This document shows positions 46,764-57,116 of a DNA stretch of 64,000 nt, piece by piece. The notes below the pieces were generated by a model. It saw only the letters and a program-made list of their open reading frames with translations, was not told the origin of the DNA and ran no database searches. Position 1 is the stretch's first letter. Every line of letters starts with the position of its first letter. The position numbers and the translations under genes were made by a program. Source of the DNA: an uncultured Chloroflexia bacterium. Its GTDB lineage: Bacteria; Chloroflexota; Anaerolineae; JAAYZQ01. The stretch is from positions 96,001 through 160,000 of the forward strand of contig CAVOXA010000005.1 in NCBI GenBank assembly GCA_963700285.1. Reading direction: 5' to 3'.

Positions 46764-48281
46764 ATGATGCTGATGAATGGTCTGAACCGTGTGCGCAGTC
46801 TGGCAGCAGTCTCTTTGCTGCTGATGGTCCTGCTGGTGCCCGTTTCCTGGGCATCCGGTGACGCCCAGCTCCTCCAACAGGGCGATGATGGCAGCCCTAC
46901 GCCTGGGTCGGCCCCCGATGCACTGGTGAGCGTGTCCGGTACTGTGGATGTGAAGGTCAACCAGAGCTCGGATGATGCGGAGGAGCTGATAGCCACGGGC
47001 AAGGTCTATACCAAGGGCGACGACCTGGAGCTGGGGACGGACCAGGACAAAGAAGGCAACCCGCTGCCCATGTATGTTGGCATCCGCTTCGCGGACCTGG
47101 GCATTCCCCAGGGCGCGACCATCACCTCGGCATTCATCGAGTTCACGGCCAGCGAGGTGCAGGAAGGCGCGACCAGTGTCACCATCCTGGGCGAATACAG
47201 CGACGACGCCAAGACCTTCAAGGGTGACGACTTTGAGATCAGCACCCGTCCCCTGGCGCCCGCCACGGTGAGCTGGAACGGGATACCGCCCTGGTCCGTG
47301 CTAAATGGCAAGCACCAGACCCCGGACCTGAAGGCCATTGTTCAGGCGATCGTCAACCGCCCGGGCTGGAATCCCAGCCACGCCATGGCTTTTATGTTCA
47401 CCGGTTCCGGCCGGCGCACGGCCTGGTCGTATGATGGCGCACCCACGATGGCCCCCAGGCTTGTCGTCAACTATGAGGGCCAGGTTGCCTGTACCACTCT
47501 GACCTCTCTAACCAACCCCTTCGGTGCGGGTCAGATAACAACCGACCCGGCGCCGAACTGCGGGGCCAATCAGTTCTACCAGGGGACCACGGTGCAGCTT
47601 ACGGCTGTTCCCACGGCCCTGAATTATTCCTTCGCCAGTTGGACCGGTGGGGCCACGGGCTCGGCCAACCCCACGACCATCGTCATGGCTATCGACCAGA
47701 CGGTGACGGCAGACTTTGTGCAAGGGACCTGTCACACTCTGACGAGGAATGTCGTCATCCTCCCCGATCCGGATCCGACGGCCGGCGAGATCCGGCCTGA
47801 CCCGCTGCCCAACTGTGGGGATGGAACAAAGGCGGGCAAGTACAAGAACGGAACCGTGGTCATGTTGAATGCTCTCGCGAAGGGCGGCTGGGAGTTCACC
47901 GAGTGGAGTGGGGCGCTCACCGGTAGCGATAGACCCCAGCCGCTTACCATGGACGCCGACAAGACCGTGACTGCTACCTTTGTGGCGGGGTGCCGGCGGC
48001 TCAAGATGACTATCGACCCCCCGGGCGGAGGCACGGTGACCTATACGCCGCCGCCCAACTGCGGTCCTGACACGTGGCAGTCGACGATCAAGAGCGTCAA
48101 GATCCTTGGCGTGCCGGCGCCGGGCCACTTTTTCGTCAAGTGGAAAGGCGACGTGGATGGCGGCGAGACTCTTGCCAATCCGACGACTGTAATCATGAAT
48201 GGCAACAAATCCGTCAATGCTACCTTCAGATTCAGCGCTTACGTGGCCTTGCTGCCGTCCATCCGCAAGCAGGCCAGATGA
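46764..48281 (+). CDS. Secreted protein: one SSDDAEE-type domain plus three Cys-containing InlB-B/Flg_new-like repeats
   Basis: Signal peptide; repeats C-x-x-L...P.PNC...Y..GT.V.L.A...F..W.G; ends YVALLPSIRKQAR. Start is 46764 or 46773. Confidence 0.85.
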   Translation: MMLMNGLNRVRSLAAVSLLLMVLLVPVSWASGDAQLLQQGDDGSPTPGSAPDALVSVSGTVDVKVNQSSDDAEELIATGKVYTKGDDLELGTDQDKEGNPLPMYVGIRFADLGIPQGATITSAFIEFTASEVQEGATSVTILGEYSDDAKTFKGDDFEISTRPLAPATVSWNGIPPWSVLNGKHQTPDLKAIVQAIVNRPGWNPSHAMAFMFTGSGRRTAWSYDGAPTMAPRLVVNYEGQVACTTLTSLTNPFGAGQITTDPAPNCGANQFYQGTTVQLTAVPTALNYSFASWTGGATGSANPTTIVMAIDQTVTADFVQGTCHTLTRNVVILPDPDPTAGEIRPDPLPNCGDGTKAGKYKNGTVVMLNALAKGGWEFTEWSGALTGSDRPQPLTMDADKTVTATFVAGCRRLKMTIDPPGGGTVTYTPPPNCGPDTWQSTIKSVKILGVPAPGHFFVKWKGDVDGGETLANPTTVIMNGNKSVNATFRFSAYVALLPSIRKQAR

Positions 48282-48348
48282 CAGTGCAGCCCCAGGCACG
48301 CACAGGATTGCGCCCCCTAGGGGGAGCTCTTATGGAGGATGGTGACTG

Positions 48349-51300
48349 ATGGCGCGGGTTAGGCGGATGGGCCGATTGGTCTTGCTCTTTGGGTTGTTGT
48401 TGGCGCTGGTGATCCCTGCATCGGCAGGCCCTGCCTTGGCAGGCAGGCAACCGGCGGCCCCGGCCGGAGGGCACTTTGTGCCCCCGGGCGACGATGGAAC
48501 GCACGGCGCGCCTGCCGACACGCAGGAGGGAGAGGGTACGCCTGCAGCCGGTCCGGACGTACAACCTCCCCTGATCACGATGTGGTACGGTTCCCCGCAG
48601 AGCTTTGGCGCGCTGGGCAACCCACAGCCAGAGATCAACGTCGTGGGCAACGTGGCCAGGGCCAATACGCTGAGTTATCGGCTCAACGGTGGCTCGTGGA
48701 AACAAATAGCCATCGGCGGGGTCACTGCTTCAGTTCTTTCGCATCTACCGGAAGGCGCCCCGGATCCTCTGGGCGGCCTGAACCTGGGCGTCGTGCCCCG
48801 GGGTGCTCCTGACTTGGCAAATCCGGGCAGTCCGGAGCTGTCGGCCAGCGCGCGACTGGAATACGAAGGGGATTTTAACGTCGAGATCCTGACCTCTGCC
48901 CTCCAACCCGGCTCCAACACGCTGGAACTCGAGGCCGTGGGCGACGGCGGCAAGGACAACGAGACGGTCATCCTCAATTATGCCAAGGGCACTACCTGGC
49001 CCATGCCCTACAACATCGACTGGAGCAGCGTCACCAAGCTCACCGACGCGGTGCAGGTTGTGGACGGCGAGTGGCAGCTAGAGGCTGACAGCATCCGGCC
49101 CAAGGTTACCGGCTACGATCGCATGCTTGTTCTGGGCGATCTGGGTTGGAAAGACTATGAGGTCACCGTCCCGATAACAATCCACAGTTTCCCCCATCCA
49201 GACAGTGGCGGAGTGGGGATCGCGAGCCGCTGGCGGGGTCACTTCCAAGTTGCTGATGAGCAGCCGGGTCACGGCTGGTGGAACATCGGGGCCTATGCCT
49301 TTGTCTTCAACCGCGATAGCTCCAATGGCGGCCGGCGCCTGGCAATGTTCACGGGCCACTTTGAACGCGTCGACGACAGCAGCGGGTACACAATCACCGA
49401 GGGCACGACCTATATGTTCAAGCTGCGGGTGCAGACCAAAGAGGCGGGCAAGAGCGGGTTCTACAGTTTCAAGGCCTGGGAGCCCGCAACCGAGTCTGAG
49501 CCCAGCGCCTGGCTCTTTGAGGAACAGGATGTCCCGCCGGACGAGACGTTTAGCGGGAGCGTGGGCTTGCTGGCCCATGACGCCATCGCCAGCTTTGGCG
49601 ACGTCGAGGTCGTGCCCGTGGTCAAGGTCAAGACAACCGTCGTGGGTCAGGGCGTGGTGAATGTCACCCCGGCGCTGACCGGCCAGTCGGACGTCCACCT
49701 GTTTGGAGACAGCGTCCAGCTAGAGGCTGTGCCCAGCCTAGACTGGGCCTTTGCCGGGTGGAGCGGCGATCTGGATGGCAATGTAAACCCCAAGTCGGTG
49801 CTGCTGACCGGCGACCTGGACGTCACCGCTACTTTCGTTCCGGCAACGGCCACGCGGCTGAACGTCAGCGTGGCCGGCGCTGGAACGATAGGCCTGGATC
49901 CCCCGGGACCCTGGTATGGCGAAGGGCAGGTGGTCAAGCTGACGCCGTCTGCCGCTGTCGGCTGGGAGTTCAGCGGCTGGAGCGGGCCCAACAGTGGCGA
50001 GGTGAGCAATAACGGTGATGGTACCTGGTCGCTGACGATGGACGCCGACAAGACGCTGACAGGTACTTTTGTTAAGAAGCAGTATGCCCTCACCACCAAC
50101 ATCTCGGGATCGGGCTCGGTGGCCAAGAACCCTGACAAAACGAATTACGAGCATGGCACGGTGGTTCAGCTGACACCCAATCCGGCGTCGGGCTGGTCAT
50201 TCACCGGCTGGAGCGGGGATCTGAGCGGTAACGCCAGCCCGGCAAACCTCCTGATGGATGGCCCCAAGACTGTCAAGGCCCACTTTCGCGATAACAATGT
50301 GGGACCGCTGGAGTACAAGAATCATACCATCGACGACGACTTGACTGGGGGCACCAGCGGCAATAACGACGGTGTGGCCAACTGTGGCGAGACGGTCGAC
50401 CTGGCGGTAGGCGTGATCAACCAGGGCACGGTGACCGCAACCGGCATCAATGCTGCCCTTAGCACCGACAGCCTCTACGTCACCTGGACAGGCAGCTCAA
50501 TCAGCCTTTATCCCGACATCGCTGCATCTGCCACTCAGAACAACACGACGCCCTTTGGCTTCAAGGTAGCCAACAATGCTCCCAACGGCCACACCATCAC
50601 CTTTGACCTGGGCCTGTCCTCCACCAATGGCGGGCTGCAGAACGACACCTTCGACGTTGTTGTTTCCTGCGCCGGCAGCGAGGGAACTGTCGAGCGGCAG
50701 GTGGGTACAGGCGACGATGATGTCGAACAGAGGCTTGAAGGCGCACAGCACGCGGGCCAGGTCTTTCTGAATGGGCGCGACCTGGAGCTCGTGGTCGACG
50801 AGGGTTCACACCAGATCGTGGGCATCCGCTTCCGGAACGTGACCATCCCCAAGGGTGCGGCCATCGCCGAGGCTTACCTCAAGTTCACCGCAAAGGCGGA
50901 GGACAGTGGGCAAAGCGCACTGATCTTTAATACGCAGGCTGCCGACAATGCGCCCGGTTTTACCGACACTGCCTGGTCCATCTCATCCTTGCCCAAGAGC
51001 ACGACATCTGTGGCCTGGAACAATGTGCCGCCCTGGCCGGCGACTAACGTCGTGCACCAGACGCCCAACCTGGCGCCCATTGTGCAAGAGATCGTCAACC
51101 GCAGCGGCTGGACATCGGGCAATGCCCTGGCCTTCCTGATCACCGGGGAAGGGACTCGGAACGCCTACTCGCACGATGGAAGTTCCAGCAAGGCGCCGCA
51201 GCTGTACATTGCGTATGGACGCGATCCGGTATGTTACAGCCTCAACACAAGCGCCCTGCCGCCTGGCGGTGGGACCGTCGCGGCTTTGCCAGCGCCCAAC

Positions 51301-53634
51301 TGTGGCGGCAACAAGTATATCCAGGGTACGCTGGTGACCCTGACCGCCACGCCTTACCCCGGCTGGTCCTATTCCGGCTGGGGTGGTGACCTGTCAGGGA
51401 CCACCAACCCGGCGACCCTCTCGATGACCAGCAACAAGACGGTCACCGCCAACTTTGCCCAGGCAAAGTACCTGCTCACCGTCAACAAGATCGGCTCGGG
51501 GACCGTGACCAAGGAGCCGGACAAGGCCGATTACGTCTATGGGGAGCAGGTCAAGCTGACGGCCACCGGCACGGATGGCTACATTTTCGCTGGCTGGAGC
51601 GGCGCCCTATCGGGTACCGTCAGTCCGGCCTGGATCACCATGACCAGCCACAAATCGGTCACTGCCATCTTTGGCAAGGTTGGGCCGGTGCTCTATGGCA
51701 GCCATGTCATCGACGACGACAGTACCCCACCCAGCACTGGAAACAACAACCAGTTTGTGGACTGTGGCGAGCGGGTGGAAATGACCGTCACCCTGTACAA
51801 CCAGGGCCGCGTGGGTGCGGAAGGGGTCCAGGGTACCCTCAGCACCGCTGATTCTTACGTGACTGTCGACGGCAACGCCACCAGTAGCTATGGCACGATC
51901 CCGGGCCTGGGATCGACGCCCAATGTCACCAAGTTCGACTTTGTGGTCAGCCCCGATACGCCTCACCTGCACAGTGCCCAGTTGAACCTGAACGTCACGG
52001 CCACCAACGGTGGCCCCTGGCCGCTCTCCTTCTCGGTGCCAATCTCCTGCATGGAGAACGCGGGCAGAATTGACAAGGCCGTGGTTGCCTCCAGCGACGA
52101 CGCCGAGGAACAGACCTCTAATGGGACCGTTACGGTCATCGACCCCAGCCTGGAGCTCGGCCAGGGCGCCGTGGGCGCCCAGTGGGTCGGGCTGCGCTTC
52201 CAGAATCTAGTCATTCCAAAGGGCGCGACCATCGACACGGCCTACGTCGAGTTTACGGCCGGGCAGGCTGAGAGCGGCTCGACAACACTCAACCTCTACG
52301 GTGAGGCCAGCGACAATTCGCTGCCCTTTAGCACCGCTAGCCAGAACAGCGCGGAGGGTATCGCAACGGCGCCCCAGGAGGCCAGTACCCACAACATCTC
52401 CCTGCGTCAGAAAACCACCGCTTCCGTCTCCTGGCCTTCGGTGCCGGCCTGGTCGGTGGGCCAGCGCTACAACTCGCCCGACCTGGCGCCCATCATCCAG
52501 GAGATTGTCAACCGTGACCAGTGGAAACCAGGCAACGCCCTGGCCCTGCTGGTCCAGGGCACGGGCCGGCGCACGGCCTTTTCCTACGACGGCGGACTGG
52601 CCCTGGCGCCGAGGCTCCACGTGACCTTTGGCGGCGAGCTGACCTGCTACACGCTGACGATGGGCGTGACACCCGCGAGCACCGGCACTGTGGACCGGAA
52701 TCCAGGCGCAAACTGCGGGGCGAACCGGTATCTGGATGGGAGCCAGGTCGTGCTAACGCCCGTCCCGGACCTGGACCATACCTTTGTGAGCTGGAGCGGT
52801 GGCCACACGGGTACCAACAACCCCGCAACGATTATCATGGACGGCGAAAAGACCATCACCGCCACCTTCAAGCCGGCGACCTGCTTTACCCTGACCACGG
52901 GCGTCAACCCGGCGGGCACGGGCATCATCACCCCGAGCATCCCGCCCAACTGCGGCGGCGGCAAGTACGAGACTGGGACCACCGTCCAGTTGCAGGCCAA
53001 TCCCCAGGGGGGGTATATCTTTGACAACTGGACCGGGCCCGGGCTGCCGGCACCCAGCACGGCCAACCCCCTGCCGGTGGTGGTCGACGGGAACAAGACG
53101 CTGACCGCCAATTTTGTTACCTGCAACAGCCTGACGCTGATCCCCATCCCGGCCAACGCCGGAACGGTACAGACGACCCCGGCGCCCGACTGTGGCGAGA
53201 ACATGTTCAAGTCGGGCACCGGCGTGGTGCTCACGGCGGTCCCGCAGCCAGGCTTCGCCTTTGCCAACTGGGGTGGGGCCGTGACGGGGACGGAGAACCC
53301 CACGACCATCTCGGTGATTACCGGCATGGTAGTCACGGCCTTTTTCCAGCAGGGGAGCTGTACTTCGCTCTCGCTGCGGGCGACCCCGGCGGGCGCCGGT
53401 ACGGTCAGCGCCAACCCGCCGCCTGACTGCGAGGGGACCAAGTACACGCCCGGGGTGCAGGTCGAGCTGACGGCCACGCCCAAGACGGGCTACAAGTTCC
53501 TGCGCTGGACCGGGGCCGCGACCGGCACCCAGAACCCGACCAAGGTCGTCGTCGGCATCGCCAACACGGCCACAGCCGTGTTTGGCCTCGCGAAGGTCGA
53601 GTCCACGATTCGGCTACCCGTTATGGCCCGGTAA
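48349..53634 (+). CDS. Large secreted multidomain repeat protein (1761 aa)
   Basis: Signal peptide, lectin-like beta region, about nine InlB-B-like repeats, two DDxE-type domains and two IDDD..GNN..CGE modules; ends TIRLPVMAR. Confidence 0.88.
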   Translation: MARVRRMGRLVLLFGLLLALVIPASAGPALAGRQPAAPAGGHFVPPGDDGTHGAPADTQEGEGTPAAGPDVQPPLITMWYGSPQSFGALGNPQPEINVVGNVARANTLSYRLNGGSWKQIAIGGVTASVLSHLPEGAPDPLGGLNLGVVPRGAPDLANPGSPELSASARLEYEGDFNVEILTSALQPGSNTLELEAVGDGGKDNETVILNYAKGTTWPMPYNIDWSSVTKLTDAVQVVDGEWQLEADSIRPKVTGYDRMLVLGDLGWKDYEVTVPITIHSFPHPDSGGVGIASRWRGHFQVADEQPGHGWWNIGAYAFVFNRDSSNGGRRLAMFTGHFERVDDSSGYTITEGTTYMFKLRVQTKEAGKSGFYSFKAWEPATESEPSAWLFEEQDVPPDETFSGSVGLLAHDAIASFGDVEVVPVVKVKTTVVGQGVVNVTPALTGQSDVHLFGDSVQLEAVPSLDWAFAGWSGDLDGNVNPKSVLLTGDLDVTATFVPATATRLNVSVAGAGTIGLDPPGPWYGEGQVVKLTPSAAVGWEFSGWSGPNSGEVSNNGDGTWSLTMDADKTLTGTFVKKQYALTTNISGSGSVAKNPDKTNYEHGTVVQLTPNPASGWSFTGWSGDLSGNASPANLLMDGPKTVKAHFRDNNVGPLEYKNHTIDDDLTGGTSGNNDGVANCGETVDLAVGVINQGTVTATGINAALSTDSLYVTWTGSSISLYPDIAASATQNNTTPFGFKVANNAPNGHTITFDLGLSSTNGGLQNDTFDVVVSCAGSEGTVERQVGTGDDDVEQRLEGAQHAGQVFLNGRDLELVVDEGSHQIVGIRFRNVTIPKGAAIAEAYLKFTAKAEDSGQSALIFNTQAADNAPGFTDTAWSISSLPKSTTSVAWNNVPPWPATNVVHQTPNLAPIVQEIVNRSGWTSGNALAFLITGEGTRNAYSHDGSSSKAPQLYIAYGRDPVCYSLNTSALPPGGGTVAALPAPNCGGNKYIQGTLVTLTATPYPGWSYSGWGGDLSGTTNPATLSMTSNKTVTANFAQAKYLLTVNKIGSGTVTKEPDKADYVYGEQVKLTATGTDGYIFAGWSGALSGTVSPAWITMTSHKSVTAIFGKVGPVLYGSHVIDDDSTPPSTGNNNQFVDCGERVEMTVTLYNQGRVGAEGVQGTLSTADSYVTVDGNATSSYGTIPGLGSTPNVTKFDFVVSPDTPHLHSAQLNLNVTATNGGPWPLSFSVPISCMENAGRIDKAVVASSDDAEEQTSNGTVTVIDPSLELGQGAVGAQWVGLRFQNLVIPKGATIDTAYVEFTAGQAESGSTTLNLYGEASDNSLPFSTASQNSAEGIATAPQEASTHNISLRQKTTASVSWPSVPAWSVGQRYNSPDLAPIIQEIVNRDQWKPGNALALLVQGTGRRTAFSYDGGLALAPRLHVTFGGELTCYTLTMGVTPASTGTVDRNPGANCGANRYLDGSQVVLTPVPDLDHTFVSWSGGHTGTNNPATIIMDGEKTITATFKPATCFTLTTGVNPAGTGIITPSIPPNCGGGKYETGTTVQLQANPQGGYIFDNWTGPGLPAPSTANPLPVVVDGNKTLTANFVTCNSLTLIPIPANAGTVQTTPAPDCGENMFKSGTGVVLTAVPQPGFAFANWGGAVTGTENPTTISVITGMVVTAFFQQGSCTSLSLRATPAGAGTVSANPPPDCEGTKYTPGVQVELTATPKTGYKFLRWTGAATGTQNPTKVVVGIANTATAVFGLAKVESTIRLPVMAR

Positions 53635-53803
53635 AAGACCGAGAGGGCTTCTGAGACAGAATAGACCTCCGGGGTTTTCCCACAACCCTGCCTTTGCGGC
53701 CCGAGGCTGCGTGACCCAAGACCGTCGTCCCGGAGGCCCATAGTTGGGGTGGGAAAGTGGTTGCCAGAGTGGGTAATAAGAATAGAGGACTAGAAGGCCC
53801 CTT

Positions 53804-56752
53804 ATGATGCTGCGAGTCCGTCTCGGATTTTTGACAGCGATCCTTTGTCTTGTGGTGTTGCTAGTGGTCCTGGCCGTGGGCGCGTCGAGCCCTGAGGCGG
53901 TCGCCCAGGCTCCCGCCGGCGCCCTATCCAGCGGGCTGCGGCTTGGCTCCGCCCAGGGTTCGGTGGTTGACGCCAATTTGGAGCTGGTGCTGGGCCAATC
54001 TTCGGATGACGCCGAAGAAGATATCACCACCTTCCTGGTTACCTTGAGTAGTACCGATCTCGAGCTTGGCGCGGACGACGATGGCGCTCAGACCGTAGGT
54101 TTGCGATTCGCAGGTGCAACCATCCCCCGGGACACGCTCATTGTCGAGGCTCATCTCGAGTTCACCGCCGACGAAATCGGCAGCGTACCCACGTCCCTGG
54201 TCTTTCAGGGTGAGGCCAGCGACGATGCTGCCACCTTTTCCTCGAGTTCTGGCAACGTTAGCGGGCGACCCCTGACCAGCGCGTCGGTGAACTGGGACAA
54301 TGTCCCCGCCTGGGACACGGTGGGCGGTACGTACCTGAGTCCCGATCTGTCGTCCATCGTCCAGGAAACCGTAAACCGCGTGGCTTGGACTCCTGGAAGT
54401 GCGATGGCCTTTGTCATCACTGGCACGGGCCGGCGTACGGCAGAGTCTTTCAATGGAGACCCCGCACTGGCCCCGCGCCTGCACATCACCTATCAGGCTT
54501 GTTACAGCTTGACTATCAGCGTGGAGCCTGCAAACTCGGGCGTGGTGACCCTCCAGCCGCCAGCCAACTGCGACGATGGACGGTACCTGGAGGGGACCGA
54601 GGTTCAGTTGCAGGCTGTCCCAGCGGCCGGCCATGATTTTGTTGGATGGGGTGGCGATGCATCGGGAAGCGCCAATCCCGGGACCTTTGTCATGGATGCT
54701 GACAAGGCAGTCGTAGCCCGGTTTGCTGAGCTTCCTTCCGGTTCGGTGATGCAGATGGTCAGCCAATCTTCAGATGATGCGGAAGAACTGGCAAGTACCG
54801 GCGCTGTCTCTCTCAAGAGTACCGATCTGGAACTGGGCGAAGACTATGAAGGGGCGCAGATCGTGGGCCTACGTTTTCAAGACCTCAACATCCCCAGGGG
54901 GGCGGCCATCAGCCAGGCCTACCTGGAGTTCACTGCCGATAGGGTTGAGGACGAACTCGCCTCGCTCGAATTCCGGGGGCAGGCCATTGACGACGCGCCT
55001 ACCTTCAACCGGGCTGGGCACGATATCTCCGGACGTAGTGGGACCTCGGCCTCTATAGCCTGGAGCAACGTGCCTCCCTGGACCAAGGCGGAGGAGGTTT
55101 ACAGGTCGCCCGATCTATCCTCCATCGTTCAGGAGATCGTCAGCCGCCCTGGCTGGAGCTCGAGCAATTCGATGGTGTTTATGGTCACTGGGTCAGGGAA
55201 GCGGGCTGCCGTCTCGTTTGACGGTGCCGAGCTGGACTCTCAGCCGGGTTGGGTTCCGCGCTTATTTGTCCACTTTGTCGGCGAGCCTGCCTGCTACAGC
55301 CTTGTCACCAGCCCCAGTCCCAGCAATGGCGGGGTGGTTGACGTGAGCCCGGATCCCGATTGCGACGGAGGAAAGTACCTGGAGGGGACCGAGGTCCAAT
55401 TGACGGTCCATCCCGCCTCGGACTGGGGTTTTGATCGCTGGAGTGGGGACGGCGCAGGTACTGCGAACTCGATTACTGTCACCATGGACAGCCCCAAGGT
55501 AGTCATCGCCAACTTTACCCAGGATTGCTATAGCCTGAGTACTGGCCTGCAACCTGCTGGCAGCGGTATTGTGCAAGTCAGTCCACCGCCAGGCTGTGAG
55601 GGAGGCCGCTACCTTGCTGGCACGCAGCTGCAATTGAGCGCTGACCCGGGTGCTGGTCATTGGTTTGCAGCCTGGAGTGGCGATGCCATGGGTGGCGGGA
55701 ATCCCATGACGTTGACGATGACGGGACCCAAGTCGGTTACGGCCAATTTCGTGACCGAGTGCTTTAGCCTGACGGTGACCCTGGTTCCGACTACTGGCGG
55801 CACGGTGAGCCCCGCGCCGCCGCCAAACTGCGGCAAAGAACACTATGTCGCCGGAAGCGATGTGCTGCTTACGGCCGAGCCTGCGGAGGACTATCAGTTC
55901 GCTGCCTGGAGTGGAGACGTCGAGAGCAGCGAGAATGCGGTCGAGGCTACCATCGATAGCGCCAAGGTGGTCACAGCCACGTTTACGCCCGACTGCTTTG
56001 GCCTTACCACGGTGGTCAGTCCGCCTGGTAGCGGCTCGCTCGGCATCGACCCCCCGCCGGACTGCGCCGGTGACATGTATACGGCCGGTACCCAGGTCCG
56101 CTTGACGGCTGGCCCAGCCGGAGGCAAGGTGTTCTCCACCTGGAGCGGGGATGCAGCGGGCAGTACCAATCCCCTGACCGTCACCCTGGATACCGACCTG
56201 TCCATCGCAGCCAACTTTGTGGACTGGTGCCACTTGCTGGATGTGAGTATCAATCCCACAGGCACCGGTTCAGTCGACGCCTTTCCTCCTCCGAACTGCA
56301 ATACCGTCGTAGGCGATACCAGGTATACCCTCGGGACGCAGGTCCAACTGACCGCCAGGCCGATCCCGGGCAAGCGATTTGACAATTGGAGCGGACACCT
56401 GATCAGCGACGAAAACCCTGTCGTCGTCACCCTGGATACCGACCTGTCCATCATAGCCAACTTTGTGGACTGGTGCTACTTGCTGGATGTGAGTATCAAT
56501 CCCACAGGCACCGGTTCAGTCGACGCCTTTCCTCCTCCGAACTGCAATATCGTCGCAGGCGATACCAGGTATACCCCCGGGACGCAGGTCCAACTGACCG
56601 CCAGGCCGATCCCGGGCAAGCGATTTGACAATTGGAGCGGACACCTGATCAGCGACGAAAACCCTGTCGTCGTCACTCTTGATGCCGACAAAGCGGTCAC
56701 GGCCAATTTCGGTGTGACTGCCTATCTGCCCTTGGTGCTCCGCGGCGACTGA
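53804..56752 (+). CDS. Secreted repeat protein (982 aa)
   Basis: Signal/TM, two SSDDAEE domains and seven Cys-paired repeats; ends AYLPLVLRGD. Confidence 0.88.
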   Translation: MMLRVRLGFLTAILCLVVLLVVLAVGASSPEAVAQAPAGALSSGLRLGSAQGSVVDANLELVLGQSSDDAEEDITTFLVTLSSTDLELGADDDGAQTVGLRFAGATIPRDTLIVEAHLEFTADEIGSVPTSLVFQGEASDDAATFSSSSGNVSGRPLTSASVNWDNVPAWDTVGGTYLSPDLSSIVQETVNRVAWTPGSAMAFVITGTGRRTAESFNGDPALAPRLHITYQACYSLTISVEPANSGVVTLQPPANCDDGRYLEGTEVQLQAVPAAGHDFVGWGGDASGSANPGTFVMDADKAVVARFAELPSGSVMQMVSQSSDDAEELASTGAVSLKSTDLELGEDYEGAQIVGLRFQDLNIPRGAAISQAYLEFTADRVEDELASLEFRGQAIDDAPTFNRAGHDISGRSGTSASIAWSNVPPWTKAEEVYRSPDLSSIVQEIVSRPGWSSSNSMVFMVTGSGKRAAVSFDGAELDSQPGWVPRLFVHFVGEPACYSLVTSPSPSNGGVVDVSPDPDCDGGKYLEGTEVQLTVHPASDWGFDRWSGDGAGTANSITVTMDSPKVVIANFTQDCYSLSTGLQPAGSGIVQVSPPPGCEGGRYLAGTQLQLSADPGAGHWFAAWSGDAMGGGNPMTLTMTGPKSVTANFVTECFSLTVTLVPTTGGTVSPAPPPNCGKEHYVAGSDVLLTAEPAEDYQFAAWSGDVESSENAVEATIDSAKVVTATFTPDCFGLTTVVSPPGSGSLGIDPPPDCAGDMYTAGTQVRLTAGPAGGKVFSTWSGDAAGSTNPLTVTLDTDLSIAANFVDWCHLLDVSINPTGTGSVDAFPPPNCNTVVGDTRYTLGTQVQLTARPIPGKRFDNWSGHLISDENPVVVTLDTDLSIIANFVDWCYLLDVSINPTGTGSVDAFPPPNCNIVAGDTRYTPGTQVQLTARPIPGKRFDNWSGHLISDENPVVVTLDADKAVTANFGVTAYLPLVLRGD
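56179..56676 (+). repeat. 246-bp intragenic tandem duplication
   Basis: Copies 56179-56424 and 56425-56670 differ at 6 positions by manual alignment. Confidence 0.93.
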
Positions 56753-56803
56753 ATTCACGAGGCTTCCAGCATTATCCTCTCCCTCCTGCGCCCCCGTCTA
56801 CCC

Positions 56804-56844
56804 CTACGCTTGCCGCCCCCCCGAGGTGGGGGCGGCAAGCGTAG
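56804..56844. terminator. Strong GC hairpin after the repeat-protein cluster
   Basis: CTACGCTTGCCGCCCCC...GGGGGCGGCAAGCGTAG, a 17-bp stem. Confidence 0.7.
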
Positions 56845-56897
56845 AGAAGGCAGCAGCATGCGCCAAGATGAGAATCACTGTACATAACTCCAGGCGA

Positions 56898-56926
56898 TTG
56901 ACAGACGCTGCTCTATCTGGTATAAT
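56898..56926 (+). promoter_or_regulatory. Perfect consensus sigma70 promoter
   Basis: TTGACA-17 nt-TATAAT. Confidence 0.8.
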
Positions 56927-57116
56927 GGATCCGCTCTGAACCTTGTACTATCGTGCTCTCATCACAGCCCTACTCCTGCCACGTCGTGACCGCTATCAGG
57001 GGTAGAATGACCGAATCCATGATCTGGAGCCGGGATTTCACCCCGCAGCCCGTTCGGGATCCCGGAGACAGATGACCGGGGACCTGGCCCAGAGCCCCAT
57101 GAGAAAGGAGAAACCG

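Noticed and set aside
56179-56676. Diversity-generating retroelement TR/VR pair
   Set aside because: The differences are not confined to template adenines in one copy, both copies are in-frame coding, and no reverse transcriptase is present.
46651-57001. Shared 13-mer ACCGCTATCAGGG in two 5' leaders (46651 and 56989)
   Set aside because: One 13-bp match is compatible with chance in 64 kb, and the flanks do not align.
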